Positions 27,297-39,700 of a stretch of DNA of 64,000 nt are shown here, piece by piece. The notes beneath the pieces were generated by a model, which had not been told where the DNA came from, did no database searches, and worked only from the letters and a program-made list of their open reading frames with translations. The stretch is from positions 16,380,913-16,444,912 of the forward strand of contig NC_069002.1 of assembly GCF_001194135.2 (NCBI RefSeq), in the 5' to 3' direction. Numbering within the stretch: the stretch's first letter is position 1; every line of letters starts with the position of its first letter. The DNA is from Octopus bimaculoides (Eukaryota). A program made the position numbers and the translations under genes.

Positions 27297-28100
27297 TATG
27301 GTTTCAAATTTTACCGTAAGGCCAGCAAGTTTGGAGGTGGGGATAAGTCGATTACATCGACCCAGTATTCAACTGGTATTTATTTTATCGACCCTAAAAG
27401 GATGAAAGCAAAGTTGACCTTGGCTGAATTTGAACTCGGAACATAAAGATGAATGAAATGCTGCTAAGAGTTTTGCCCAGTGTGCTAACAATTGTACCAG
27501 CTCAGACCTTAACCTGTTGAGCATGTCTCTCAGTGGCTAAAGATAAGTGTATCTCTGATTACCAGCTCTGAGTAGCGGGGGAGCATCATTGACATGTGTT
27601 GAGAGGGATTCTTTGGGGTTTAAATAATTCACCCCTGGAAACATTGGTGTTTCTTTCATCATCCTTGGACAGCTCTCATTCAGGGACCTTTTGATTAGGA
27701 TGAGCTACTCAACCTGCAGAAAATTCTAACTGGACCACATCTGCAAAGTCATGTGCTGTGATACATGTTCCTTGTGTATCTTTATCAGATGGGTAATCAT
27801 GATGGATATTTGGGCTTTGTATATTTGCACCTCAGCATCATATTGATGGTGTGTGCTGCTCTCTCAATCAAGAATAATAGCAATAATAATAATAATCATA
27901 CATGTATTTGTTCCAGATGACAGGGGCAAAATTCGAATTTGGGATACAATCAACCCAGAACATGTTCTCTCCAAAGAATATCAACCAATCGCTGGAATAA
28001 TCAAAGACATTTCCTGGTCTCCAGATAGTAAGAGAATGCTTGTTGCTGGTGAAGGCAAGGGAACGTACGTGATCAAATCTATAACATCTCTCTTTTGCTT

Positions 28101-28147
<47 letters not shown>

Positions 28148-29478
28148 CTCTTTCTTTCTCACCCCTTGTTTTTTTTTATTTTGTTATTTAGCCATAGGCC
28201 AGCAAACTATATCAAGCACATTTGCAATCTATCGTATTCCAGCTTTAATCACTTTATCTTTTCAGGTGTATTATTAAAGAGAGGAGAGTGTCATTCATAT
28301 GAAATTGGCTGCTATTACTAGCCGGTTACGCCTCCATGTACTGGCTTCTTTTTGTTGGTGTGTAGCCCCAATCAACTCACACTAACATATACAAAAAGTG
28401 ATATAACTGCAAGAGCTTCTTTTGTCTTTTGGATGATGAATATTTTAAATGATAACAATGTAAACATCTAAAATTTGTAAAATTATTTAAACCATACTAT
28501 CATATAAGTATAAAAAAATTAAAAAGCCACAGCAATGTTAATTACTCCAAACTGGAATTTTGTTGATGTTAAATTATAATTTGATATTTTTACCAGGTTC
28601 GCTCGTGCTTTTCTGGTGGATACAGGTTCCTCTGTTGGAGAAATTAGTGGCCACAGCAAACCAATCAATTCCTGTGACTACAGACAAATTAACCCCTTCA
28701 GGGTGGTGACGGCCAGTGAGGACTACTCTATTATCATGTGTGAAGGCCCACCATTTAAGTTCTCCAAAAAGATTGATGTGAGTATTTAGTTTTTGTTTAA
28801 TGGATTATTGTTGTAGTGTAGTCTCTGGTTGGCTCTGATCAAGGCGAATTATGTAGTAACCCACAGGTTACCCAGTCAGAGCGTACCTGCAGGTGCCATG
28901 AGTACTTCCCACCTCTCATATATCTGTATGTGTGTGCATATATATATATATGTGTGTGTGTGTGTGGAGGTGCAATGGCCCAGTGGTTAGGGCAGCAGAC
29001 TTGCGGTCATAGGATCGCGGTTTCGATTCCCAGACTGGGCGTTGTGAGTGTTTATTGAGCGAAAACACCTAAAGCTCCACGAGGCTCCGGCAGGGGATGG
29101 TGGCAAACCCCGCTGTACTCTTCCACCNNNNNNNNNNNNNNNNNNNNNNNNNNNNNNNNNNNNNNNNNNNNNNNNNNNNNNNNNNNNNNNNNNNNNNNNN
29201 NNNNNNNNNNNNNNNNNNNNNNNNNNNNNNNNNNNNNNNNNNNNNNNNNNNNNNNNNNNNNNNNNNNNNNNNNNNNNNNNNNNNNNNNNNNNNNNNNNNN
29301 NNNNNNNNNNNNNNNNNNNNNNNNNNNNNNNNNNNNNNNNNNNNNNNNNNNNNNNNNNNNNNNNNNNNNNNNNNNNNNNNNNNNNNNNNNNNNNNNNNNN
29401 NNNNNNNNNNNNNNNNNNNNNNNNNNNNNNNNNNNNNNNNNNNNNNNNNNNNNNNNNNNNNNNNNNNNNNNNNNNNNN

Positions 29479-29520
<42 letters not shown>

Positions 29521-30020
29521 CAAATTTGTACAAAAAACAAAATATAGATGAGTTAACAAACAATGTGTTTTAGTTTGACATTCAGGAAAAATGTAAGAAG
29601 CCTGAATGTATATAATGTATGTATGTGTCAAATTCAATAAGATCAGAGATTTATTATACTTAAGGGTCATTTCTCTTAAGTCGATTGTATCTCTTCCTTA
29701 TATCAATAAATCCCTGCCTAGTGTAGAGATCAGTAATTCCTCTGGATTTTGGTCTGTGTTTTAAATTCCATGTTTTTCATTTGCAGACACACACAAATTT
29801 TGTTAACTGCATTCGTTACTCTCCAAATGGTGAAAAATTTATCTCTGGTGGTGCTGATGGAAAAGTAAGTACTAAGGATAAATGTTTGGGTTTGTTTTCA
29901 TTTTGTGTGATGTCCTTAAAGTAATAGTGCAGGGATTACTCTGCAATTAAGAACACACACATACACGTGTGTGTGTGTGTGTGTGTGTATAAGGACTCTA
30001 ATTTGCTGCCAATGTATAAA

Positions 30021-30066
<46 letters not shown>

Positions 30067-30157
30067 CACACGTATATATATATATATATATACATACACA
30101 CGTATATATATATATACATACACACGTATATATATATATATATATATACATACACAC

Positions 30158-30224
<67 letters not shown>

Positions 30225-30723
30225 TTTATACATTGGCAGCAAATTAGGGTCCTTTATGTCTGACTGATCCCTTCAAAGTTCATTTACAATTATTCTGCAA
30301 TAAAGCTTTCATCTTATTTCTATTTTATAAAAATTATAACTGTAATGAAATTAAAAGAAAAAAGGTCTATTGTGAATTCTGAACCATTTTCTCACTGGAC
30401 TGTAATTAATTTGTCTTTAGTTAGATATGAAAATAACATCCACTGAAAACTGATTTTGTACTAAAATTGTTATCTCTCTTTTTATAACTGCCATTTCGTT
30501 TTAATCATTGTCGATATGCCAATAGTGAAATAGTTACCTAGATTATAGTTTAGTATGAAAATATTTACTCATATTTAACTGTTTTTATATTAACATTCAT
30601 TTGGTGACTTGTAAAAATATGGAAGTTCTTGCGGAAATACAAAAGCAAAAATGAAAATAAAAAAAAATATTGTGAAAATCCAGTGATGTTGAAGTTTGAT
30701 TCGCACACATACACACAAACCCA

Positions 30724-30757
<34 letters not shown>

Positions 30758-33700
30758 AAGACAGCATGTAAGCTGAAACTTCAAAGCCACTTTCAACTTT
30801 TCTATTACTATGGTAATGTGAGGATGTCCCATCTTCCTTGAAATAAAACTCTACATCTTCAAAGTTTACTTGAATAATAGGTGTGTCACCTGTGTGAAAA
30901 GACTGCTGTTGGCTTGTGCAGGCTCTCTTTACCATATATACACACACAAGAGTTAATATATAGATGATTTTAGTGTTAGGAAGAGCATCCTGCCATAGAA
31001 ACCATGCCAGAACATACAGTGGAATCTGACACAGCCAATGGCTTTGCCAGCTTCTGTCAGACCATCCAACCCATGTCCGCATGGAAAACATGTTAAATGA
31101 TGAAGATGCTTTATCCAAGTGTTGTTTATTCAACTCTATTTTTGCTGTTAATTATTGAAAAATTAATCCTTGTTGTTTTATTACATTTTTTTTTCCTAGG
31201 CCTTTGTTTATGATGGAAAAAATGGTGAAACAATTGGTGAACTTGGTTCTCCTGCTCACAAAGGTGGTATTTATGGGGTAAGAAGATAATCATTTTTCCC
31301 TGTTTGTTTTTTTTCTTTGTAAATCTTCTGCAAGTTGTACAGTTTTATAAAGTTCTTATATTTTATTTACGTCATTTCCTGAACAAAATTTTATTATCTT
31401 TTATTTTTACCATATTATAAAGCGGAACCATGGTTTATGTGCGGGCGACACATGAAATCTTTCAAGCGGGATCGTTGCCGGTGCCCCTGGACTGGCTCAT
31501 GTGCGGGCAACACATGAAATCTTTCGAGTGGGATCATTGCCGGTGCCCCTGGATTGGCTCATGTGCGGGCGACACATGAAATCTTCCGAGTAGGATCGTT
31601 GCCGGTGCCCCTGGGCTGGCTCTTGTGCGGGTGACACATGAAATTTCTTCGAGTGAGATCGTTGCCGGTGCCCCTGAACTGGCTCTTGTGCGGGTGACAC
31701 ATGAGGTTTCTCGAGCGAGATGAGCGTGGCCGTTGCCAGTACCGCCTGACTGGCCTTCGTGCAGGTGACACATAAAAGCACCCACTACACTCTCTGAGTG
31801 GTTGGCGTTAGGAAGGGCATCCAGCTGTAGAAACTCTGCCAAATCAGATTGGAGCCTGGTGTAACCATCTGGTTTCACCAGTCCTCAGTCAAATCGTCCA
31901 ACCCATGCTAGCATGGAAAGCGGACGTTAAACGACGATGACGACGACATTCTTTCAAGTCCAACAGAATGCCACTCATTTACAGAGGAAGTAACCTCACC
32001 ATCACCCACATCATGATAGGATGTGTGATGGAGCAAAAGGGTTGTTAACTAAAGCTTCTCATCTGCAGCATCTGCATCACATCTAAGGACAGAGATTCAG
32101 TCCATCAGGTCTCTTCTTTTCATTTCTGGATCATCTCATTGGCTCTAGAATTAAGGAGATATTTACCCTGGTTAGGACTTAATAAATAATATCACCAATT
32201 GGGATATCAAAGGAATAACTATTTTGACAGCTGCATCCCCTTCTTACTGCAAACTGTTTAACTCTTTAGCATTCAAACCAGCCATATCTGGTTCTTATTT
32301 TTATGTTCAAACTGGCCAGATCTGGCCTCTCACACATACCCTACAATGTCATTCTAGAAATAGGCAATCACATCATCATAATCTTGAAGCTTCAAGATAA
32401 TGTATGATTAATTCAGAATGATGTGAATGAATAAGCTTGGCATTTGACAGAATAATCTGAATGCTAAAGGATTAACCATGAACTGGAACCCATTTCTGTC
32501 GGTTGGTTGGTTGGTTGTGTTGTGCTGGGGAACAAAGACACATATTTTATTCAGGAGTGCAACATAATGGCTGTTGTACTTGAGGTTTGATTTGAACTCT
32601 TGATTTTGTAGTCCATTGTCCAACACCTTAAAATAACAGCTACTATGCTTCTCTCCCTCTCTTTTCAGAAGGTTATCAAACTAATGCAAACACGAAACTA
32701 CATCTTATGTAGAACTAGGATGTCCTAGTACATCTTATCTAGATCTAGGATGTCATTGTTAGATACTACAGATTATTAAGTTTCTGTTATTAACACCAGG
32801 TCTACTCTCCGATTTAGCAGATCTATAATCAAAGACTGGGTGGATTTGAGGGAGATCTGATTGCTATTTCTAAAACTCCTGGTAACCATATACACTCCTT
32901 TCTTGATCATTGATAATTTGTGATTTTTTTAGCTCCAGGTCAGACATCCCAACTGACAACTGTCTAATTTTTTTTTTTTCAGATAGTGTATCTATGACTA
33001 CACAATCTAATGTAGAGTCTGTCTCTCTCTTTTTTTTTTTAAGTAATGTGTAATTTGAAGGAGATTTAGCTGTTATTTCAAGCAGATTAAGCAACCACAT
33101 AGAGGCTGTAAATGCACCCCTGTTTGCTGTGACCTTGTACAAAAAAAATGTTTGACTACTGTGAAATATTTTTCCATTTTTATGTGAAGGATTGTGGTTT
33201 GTTTTCAAGTTACACTGAGGCATCTTCTGCAGACAAGGACATCAGCTATCAGTGGGACGTTTATTTTTAACTGAGACATCTGTTGTAGGTAGCATTTCTG
33301 CTGTAGGCTAAGACATCTACAACAGCTGAGATGTTTACTACTGACTTGGGTAGATATTCCAGTCTGTGGCAGCTATCAAAATGCACAACACAAAACTTAA
33401 ATCATAATATTTGTATTTATATCTGAGACAAGTGTCTCTGTCAACAAATATAACTATTTCTGTGTGAAATTGTTTTCTTTTTAATCTGATCAAATCTTGA
33501 CATTGGAACTTGCATTTCCGATGCTGCTTTCATGTTTCTTTGATCACCTTAGATCAATTAGACATATTCTTCTATGTTGCCAACATGAATATTTCTATCC
33601 AATATCACTATCTGTTTTGGTATAATTTGTTATGGCTGAATGCCCTTCCTGATACCAAACACCCCATAGAGTGGGCTGAATGCTTTTTATGTGGCACCAC

Positions 33701-36700
33701 CACAATCAAGGTCAGTTTTGGCATAGTTTTTACAGCTGGATGCCCTTCCAAATACCAATGTAGCACCAGCACGAGCAGGGTCGCCAAATAACTTGCAAGA
33801 CTAGAAATTCTGAGAAGGGAGAGGGCATTGGAGGAGGTGATCTTGTGTCAGCTGATGAAAGGTGAGAGTGTGATAGAGAGACGGAGAGGCAAAAACAGGT
33901 GTCTTGCTACCTGGCCAGCTCCTATCAAACTGTCCAACCCATGCCAGCATGGAAGATGGATGTTAAATGATAATGATGATGATCTCAGTTTATGACCATT
34001 TTCATTCTGGTTTTCTTTCTCTTCGTGGCTATACTATCTTTATTATGAAGTATTCTGGCCCCTGGTTTATAAAGACAAGGAATTAATTGAAACATGACTG
34101 CTATATTGATGATCACTTGACCACAGATGCAAGACGATTCTTCAACCCTATTTCTGTCCACTGCTTCTTCAAATTAATTATCATCTATGTACTGCCTCCC
34201 TTCATGTCCATCTCATTACCATATCTTCCCTCTTTGACCTTTCATTTAGCACTTTTCTCCCAATCCTTCCTTTTCCAGGGTCAGCATCACTCTGGAAATC
34301 CCTCCCACTTTATATTTTTCTGACAGACAAACTCCTATAGATTGTGAATCTCAACATCTGCATCAATCTCATTAGTCACTCCCACTTACTTTGATTCATC
34401 ATCATCATCACCATTGTCATCTTATGCTAATTTTCCGATGCTGGCATGAGTTTGTTGAGTTATCATGGGCCGCTCAGTTTTTATTTAGAATTGTTGCTCT
34501 TTTAGGAATGGTCGGAGGGCCACATCTCACTCAAGCATTTTCTTTTGACTTGGTTTTCACAACTGAATGCCCTCCCTCATATTAACCATTGTACAAATAA
34601 AATGCTGGTTGTGTTTTGGTGTGGCACCAACACTAAAGAGGTACCATCCTTGACAGTGCAAGAGTTGGGAAATCCTATCTTGTTTAAAAAAAAATAAACA
34701 GATACAAACAAGCCCTCCATAATGATTTATTCTCAATACTATTGATTTAGTCTCCGTTTTATTGATTGACGAACGAACAAAAACTTTAATCAAATTTTCC
34801 ATTTTGACAGTTCTTATTTCTCTCTTGTTCTTCACTTTAGATTGCTTTCAATCCAGACAATTCTGAAGTGCTGACAGTCTCTGGTGACAAAACTGCCAAG
34901 ATCTGGGATGCTAATACATATACTTTGATCAAGTAAGTCTTATTCAATTATTTTAATTCTTAACACCCTGTACGACTTCAGTCTTCGCCACACCACATCA
35001 CATCTGTCTGTTAATCATGCCGTGTCTGACACTGAGGAATCAAACTTCTGGTGCTTATATTGGCTGTAACAGGAAGTTAAACTCTGTGATATAGGGGAGA
35101 TAACTGTATTCCATTCTTCTGTCATTTATTTACATCATCATCATCGTTTAACGTCCACTTTCCATGCTAGCATGGGTTGGACGATTTGACTTAGGACTGG
35201 CGAACCGGATGGCTGCACCAGGCTCCAATCTAATCTGGCAGAGTTTCTACAGCTGGATGCCCTTCCTAATGCCAACCACTCCAAGAGTGTAGTGGATGCT
35301 TTTACGTGCCACTGGCTAGCCCCTTTTTTCTAAACACAACACAACTCTTTATTCCATGCATCCTAATCTTTCTAACAATTATCTACATGGATTACCATTG
35401 AACTTTAAAAGCTCAAAGACAATATAATGTATTGATATATTTATTTTTTTATATATTATTTTTTATTTTTTTGTAAAAAACATTTTCNNNNNNNNNNNNN
35501 NNNNNNNNNNNNNNNNNNNNNNNNNNNNNNNNNNNNNNNNNNNNNNNNNNNNNNNNNNNNNNNNNNNNNNNNNNNNNNNNNNNNNNNNNNNNNNNNNNNN
35601 NNNNNNNNNNNNNNNNNNNNNNNNNNNNNNNNNNNNNNNNNNNNNNNNNNNNNNNNNNNNNNNNNNNNNNNNNNNNNNNNNNNNNNNNNNNNNNNNNNNN
35701 NNNNNNNNNNNNNNNNNNNNNNNNNNNNNNNNNNNNNNNNNNNNNNNNNNNNNNNNNNNNNNNNNNNNNNNNNNNNNNNNNNNNNNNNNNNNNNNNNNNN
35801 NNNNNNNNNNNNNNNNNNNNNNNNNNNNNNNNNNNNNNNNNNNNNNNNNNNNNNNNNNNNNNNNNNNNNNNNNNNNNNNNNNNNNNNNNNNNNNNNNNNN
35901 NNNNNNNNNNNNNNNNNNNNNNNNNNNNNNNNNNNNNNNNNNNNNNNNNNNNNNNNNNNNNNNNNNNNNNNNNNNNNNNNNNNNNNNNNNNNNNNNNNNN
36001 NNNNNNNNNNNNNNNNNNNNNNNNNNNNNNNNNNNNNNNNNNNNNNNNNNNNNNNNNNNNNNNNNNNNNNNNNNNNNNNNNNNNNNNNNTATATATATAA
36101 TTTAATGTACACAATATGAGCTACTCATAGTTTCCTGCTTTGGAGAAGCAGGTCTAGGCAGGTTTTTATTACACACCATGTGTCTCCAAGCAGTCTTCAG
36201 GCTGAGCTATGTTAAGTTGAGTGACCCTAAAGATTCTACCAATTTACATGCTATCATGCCAAACATATATAAATTATGAATTTGCAGTAGAAAACTGTTG
36301 GATATAGTTTGCTGTTCTGTTAGGTTAAGATCAACAAAAAAGTTCCATCCAGTTATATATTGTTCATGTGTGTATGTATATATCATTTAACGTCTACTTT
36401 CTATGCTGGTATGGGTTGGACAGCTTGACAGGAGCTAGCTAAGCAGAAGACTGCACCATGCTTCACTGTCTGTTTTGGCATGGGTTTTATATCTGGATGC
36501 CCTTCCTAATATCAACCACTCTACGGAGTGGAGTGAGTGCTTTTTACATGGCACTAGCACATACAATGTCAGTTTTGGCATGTTTTTTTTTTTGTACAAC
36601 TGAATGCCCTTCCAAGCTAAGTTTAGTTAAGTTTATATAGAAAAAGAGAAAAAAAAAATCTTAATGTTTCATAAGGAATCTTTCATTAGAAACAAGAATT

Positions 36701-39700
36701 GATCTAAATTAACTTTCTTAATTAGGAAGTTCATTTTCTCACAATGCTATTAATTAGTTATTAAATATATCTAAATTAACTTTCTTCATTAGGAGAGTCA
36801 TCATTTCACAAATGGTATTAATTTGTTGTTAAACAAGTTGTTTGTTTTTTTTTTTCCAGGGAATTTGTGTTTGGGAAGACACTGGAGGACATGTTGGTCA
36901 GTTGTATTTGGATTGGTAATAGCATCATCACAGTCTCTTTGTCTGGATTTGTTACATATTTAGACAGGAATTGCCCAGAGAAGCCTCTTCGTGTTCTTAA
37001 GGTGTGTTTAACATCTCACAAGCGGTGTATGTGTGTGTGTGTTTTCTTAAGTTGACTTGCAGCTGTTGTTTCTTATTTCTTTATTGCCCACAAGGGGCTA
37101 AACATAGAGGGGACAAACAAGGACAGACAAAGGAATTAAGTCGATTACATCGATCCCAGTGCGTAACTGGTACTTAATTTATCGACCTCGAAAGGATGAA
37201 AGGCAAAGTCGACCTCGGTGGAATTTTGAACTCAGAACGTAACGGCAGACAAAATATGGTTAAGCATTTCGCCCGGCATGCTAACGTTTCTGCCAGTTGA
37301 CTTGCAACTGTTGTTTCTGTCAGTCAGTTGGTAGGAATCAAGTTTTGAATGTGGATATTTTTACCATTATGTGACTCTGCATATTTTTTTAGGTCCACAC
37401 AGGTAAAAAATGCTTTTTTAGGACTTCAACTTCATTTACATCCTCTAACATCTCATGATCAGGTCATGAATATTACAACATCAAATTTGTGGCTTTGTGA
37501 TAATGTAGGAGATTGTTAATGGTAAAATAATTAATAATCATCATCATCACTTAACGTCCCTTGTCCATGCTGGCATGGGTAGGACGGTTTGACCAGGGCT
37601 GGCAAGCTGGAAGGCTGCACCAGACTCCACTCTGATTTGGTATGGTTTCTATGACTGGATGCCCTTCCTAACGCCAACCAATCTGAGAGTGTAATGGGTT
37701 CTTCTGCGTGCCACTGGCACAGGTGCCATTTGCATGACACCAGTATCTAATACGACTGTGATTTTACTTGGCTTGATGGGTCTTCTTGTCAAGCGCAACA
37801 TAATGCCAAAGTCTCTCAGTCATTCATCGTTGCCTCTGTGAGCCCCAAAACTTGAAAAGAGCTTTTCACATGCCACCAGCATTGGCCACTTTGCCTCCAT
37901 AAGGCCCAATGCTCATCAGGTGCTTTTTATGTGCCAGTTACGAGACTCCAGCATTGGCCACGACTATGATTTCACTTGGCTTGACAGGTCTTCTCAAGCA
38001 CTGCATATCACCAAAGGTCTCGGTCACTAGTCATTGCCTCTGTGAGGCCCAAAGTTTGAAGATCATGCTTCACCACCTCATCCCATGTCTTCCTGAGTCT
38101 ACCTCTACCATAGGTTCCCTCCACAGTTAGAGATCGGCACTTCTTTACACAGCTGTCCTCATCCATGCGCATCACATGACCATACCAACACAGTCCTCTT
38201 TCTTGCACACCACATCCGATGCCGCTTATGCCCAACTTATGTCATACATGCACAGACATGCACATCCAGCAAAGCATACTGGCTTCATTTCTTTCAAGCC
38301 TACACATGTCCTCAGCTGTCACAACCCATGTTTCACTCCCATGTAGCATAGCTTTTTGCACACAGGCATCGTACAATCTGCCTTTCACTCTGAGGGCGAG
38401 GCCCTTTGTTGCCAGCAGAGATAGGAGCTCCTTGAACTTGGCCCTATTCTTATTCTCACAATATTAAGTATTATGAAGTATTAGGACGGAGAAGAGTAAC
38501 AGGTGTACTGTTAAGGATTTCATTCTCTCCACTGTTTCACATTGATATTTATAATTTCATTAGCAGCATTATTATATTAAAACTTAGGCAGTTAATTCTT
38601 TTTATTGTTTATTTAATAGCTACATCAATTATTTCCTTTTTTTATTCAGTGCTAAAAGTTTGTACATCGTAGAACACTTGTGTGTGAGTGTGTGTGCAAC
38701 TATATATATAGTGAAGGCACATGGATCAGTGGTTAGAATGTTGGCTTCACAATCATGAGGCAGTGAGTTCAATTCCCAGACTGGGCTGTGTGTTGTATTC
38801 TTGAGCAAGACACCTTATTTCACATTGCTCCAGTTCACTCAGCTGTTGAAATGAGTTGTGACATCACTGGTGCCAAGCTGTATCAGCCTTTGCCTTTCCC
38901 TTGGATAATATTGGTGGCACAGAGAGGGCGACAGCTAGTCATCCATAAACAACCTTTCCCAGACTTGTATAAATATAATATAAAAGACGGTTTGATGTAG
39001 AATGTATAGAAACAGTTCCATGATAATTCTATTTCAATACCTGTTCATTTTTGGGGAACAGAGATATATTCATTGTAGTGCTTACAATCCTGGAAGTATT
39101 ATATTCTAGCTTCCTGTTCTGAAGGTTGCTGGTAATAATTCCACAAAACACATACCTACCAATTGTACCAAATATTTTACATTGTAGACATCTCTAACAT
39201 TATTAGAGTGATCTTAACTGTTCATTATTTCACAGTTAACTGAGACAACAGCTGTAACTACTTTACACTCAGTCATGCCCTCACAGATATGTCAGCACTT
39301 GGCTATGAAAAATGGTTAATATGTAATTCTTTTTACATGTAATTTTTTAGGCTTCAAACTTTGAGACTAAGTGGTATTTCTTCCTCAATGAAGGGTCTCA
39401 TATATTTATTGTTTACTGAAACAGATCATCCTTAGTTTTTTGTTTTGTTTTTTTTTATCTTACTATTTACCTATTCTATTGTGTAAACTTTTTAAATCAT
39501 TAAAGAATTAGTTCTTTAATGATTCCAATATTTCATGTCTTGTTTCTTTGTTAGAAATATAAAACATTCAAGTATCTTTATCTTCTGTGGAGAGCAACTT
39601 TGCCTTTCAACCTTCTGAGATCAATAAAACCACCAGTCACATCCTGGGGTCAATATAATTGACTGACCCCTGCCACCAAAATTTCTGGCCTTGTACCTAT

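Noticed and set aside
25444-30267. ORFs rich in YI/CV/HT dipeptides
   Set aside because: Translations of (TA)n, (TG)n and (CA)n microsatellites
31439-31745. CRISPR-like array
   Set aside because: Contiguous 62-bp units without unique spacers, inside a LINE in eukaryotic DNA; no cas genes
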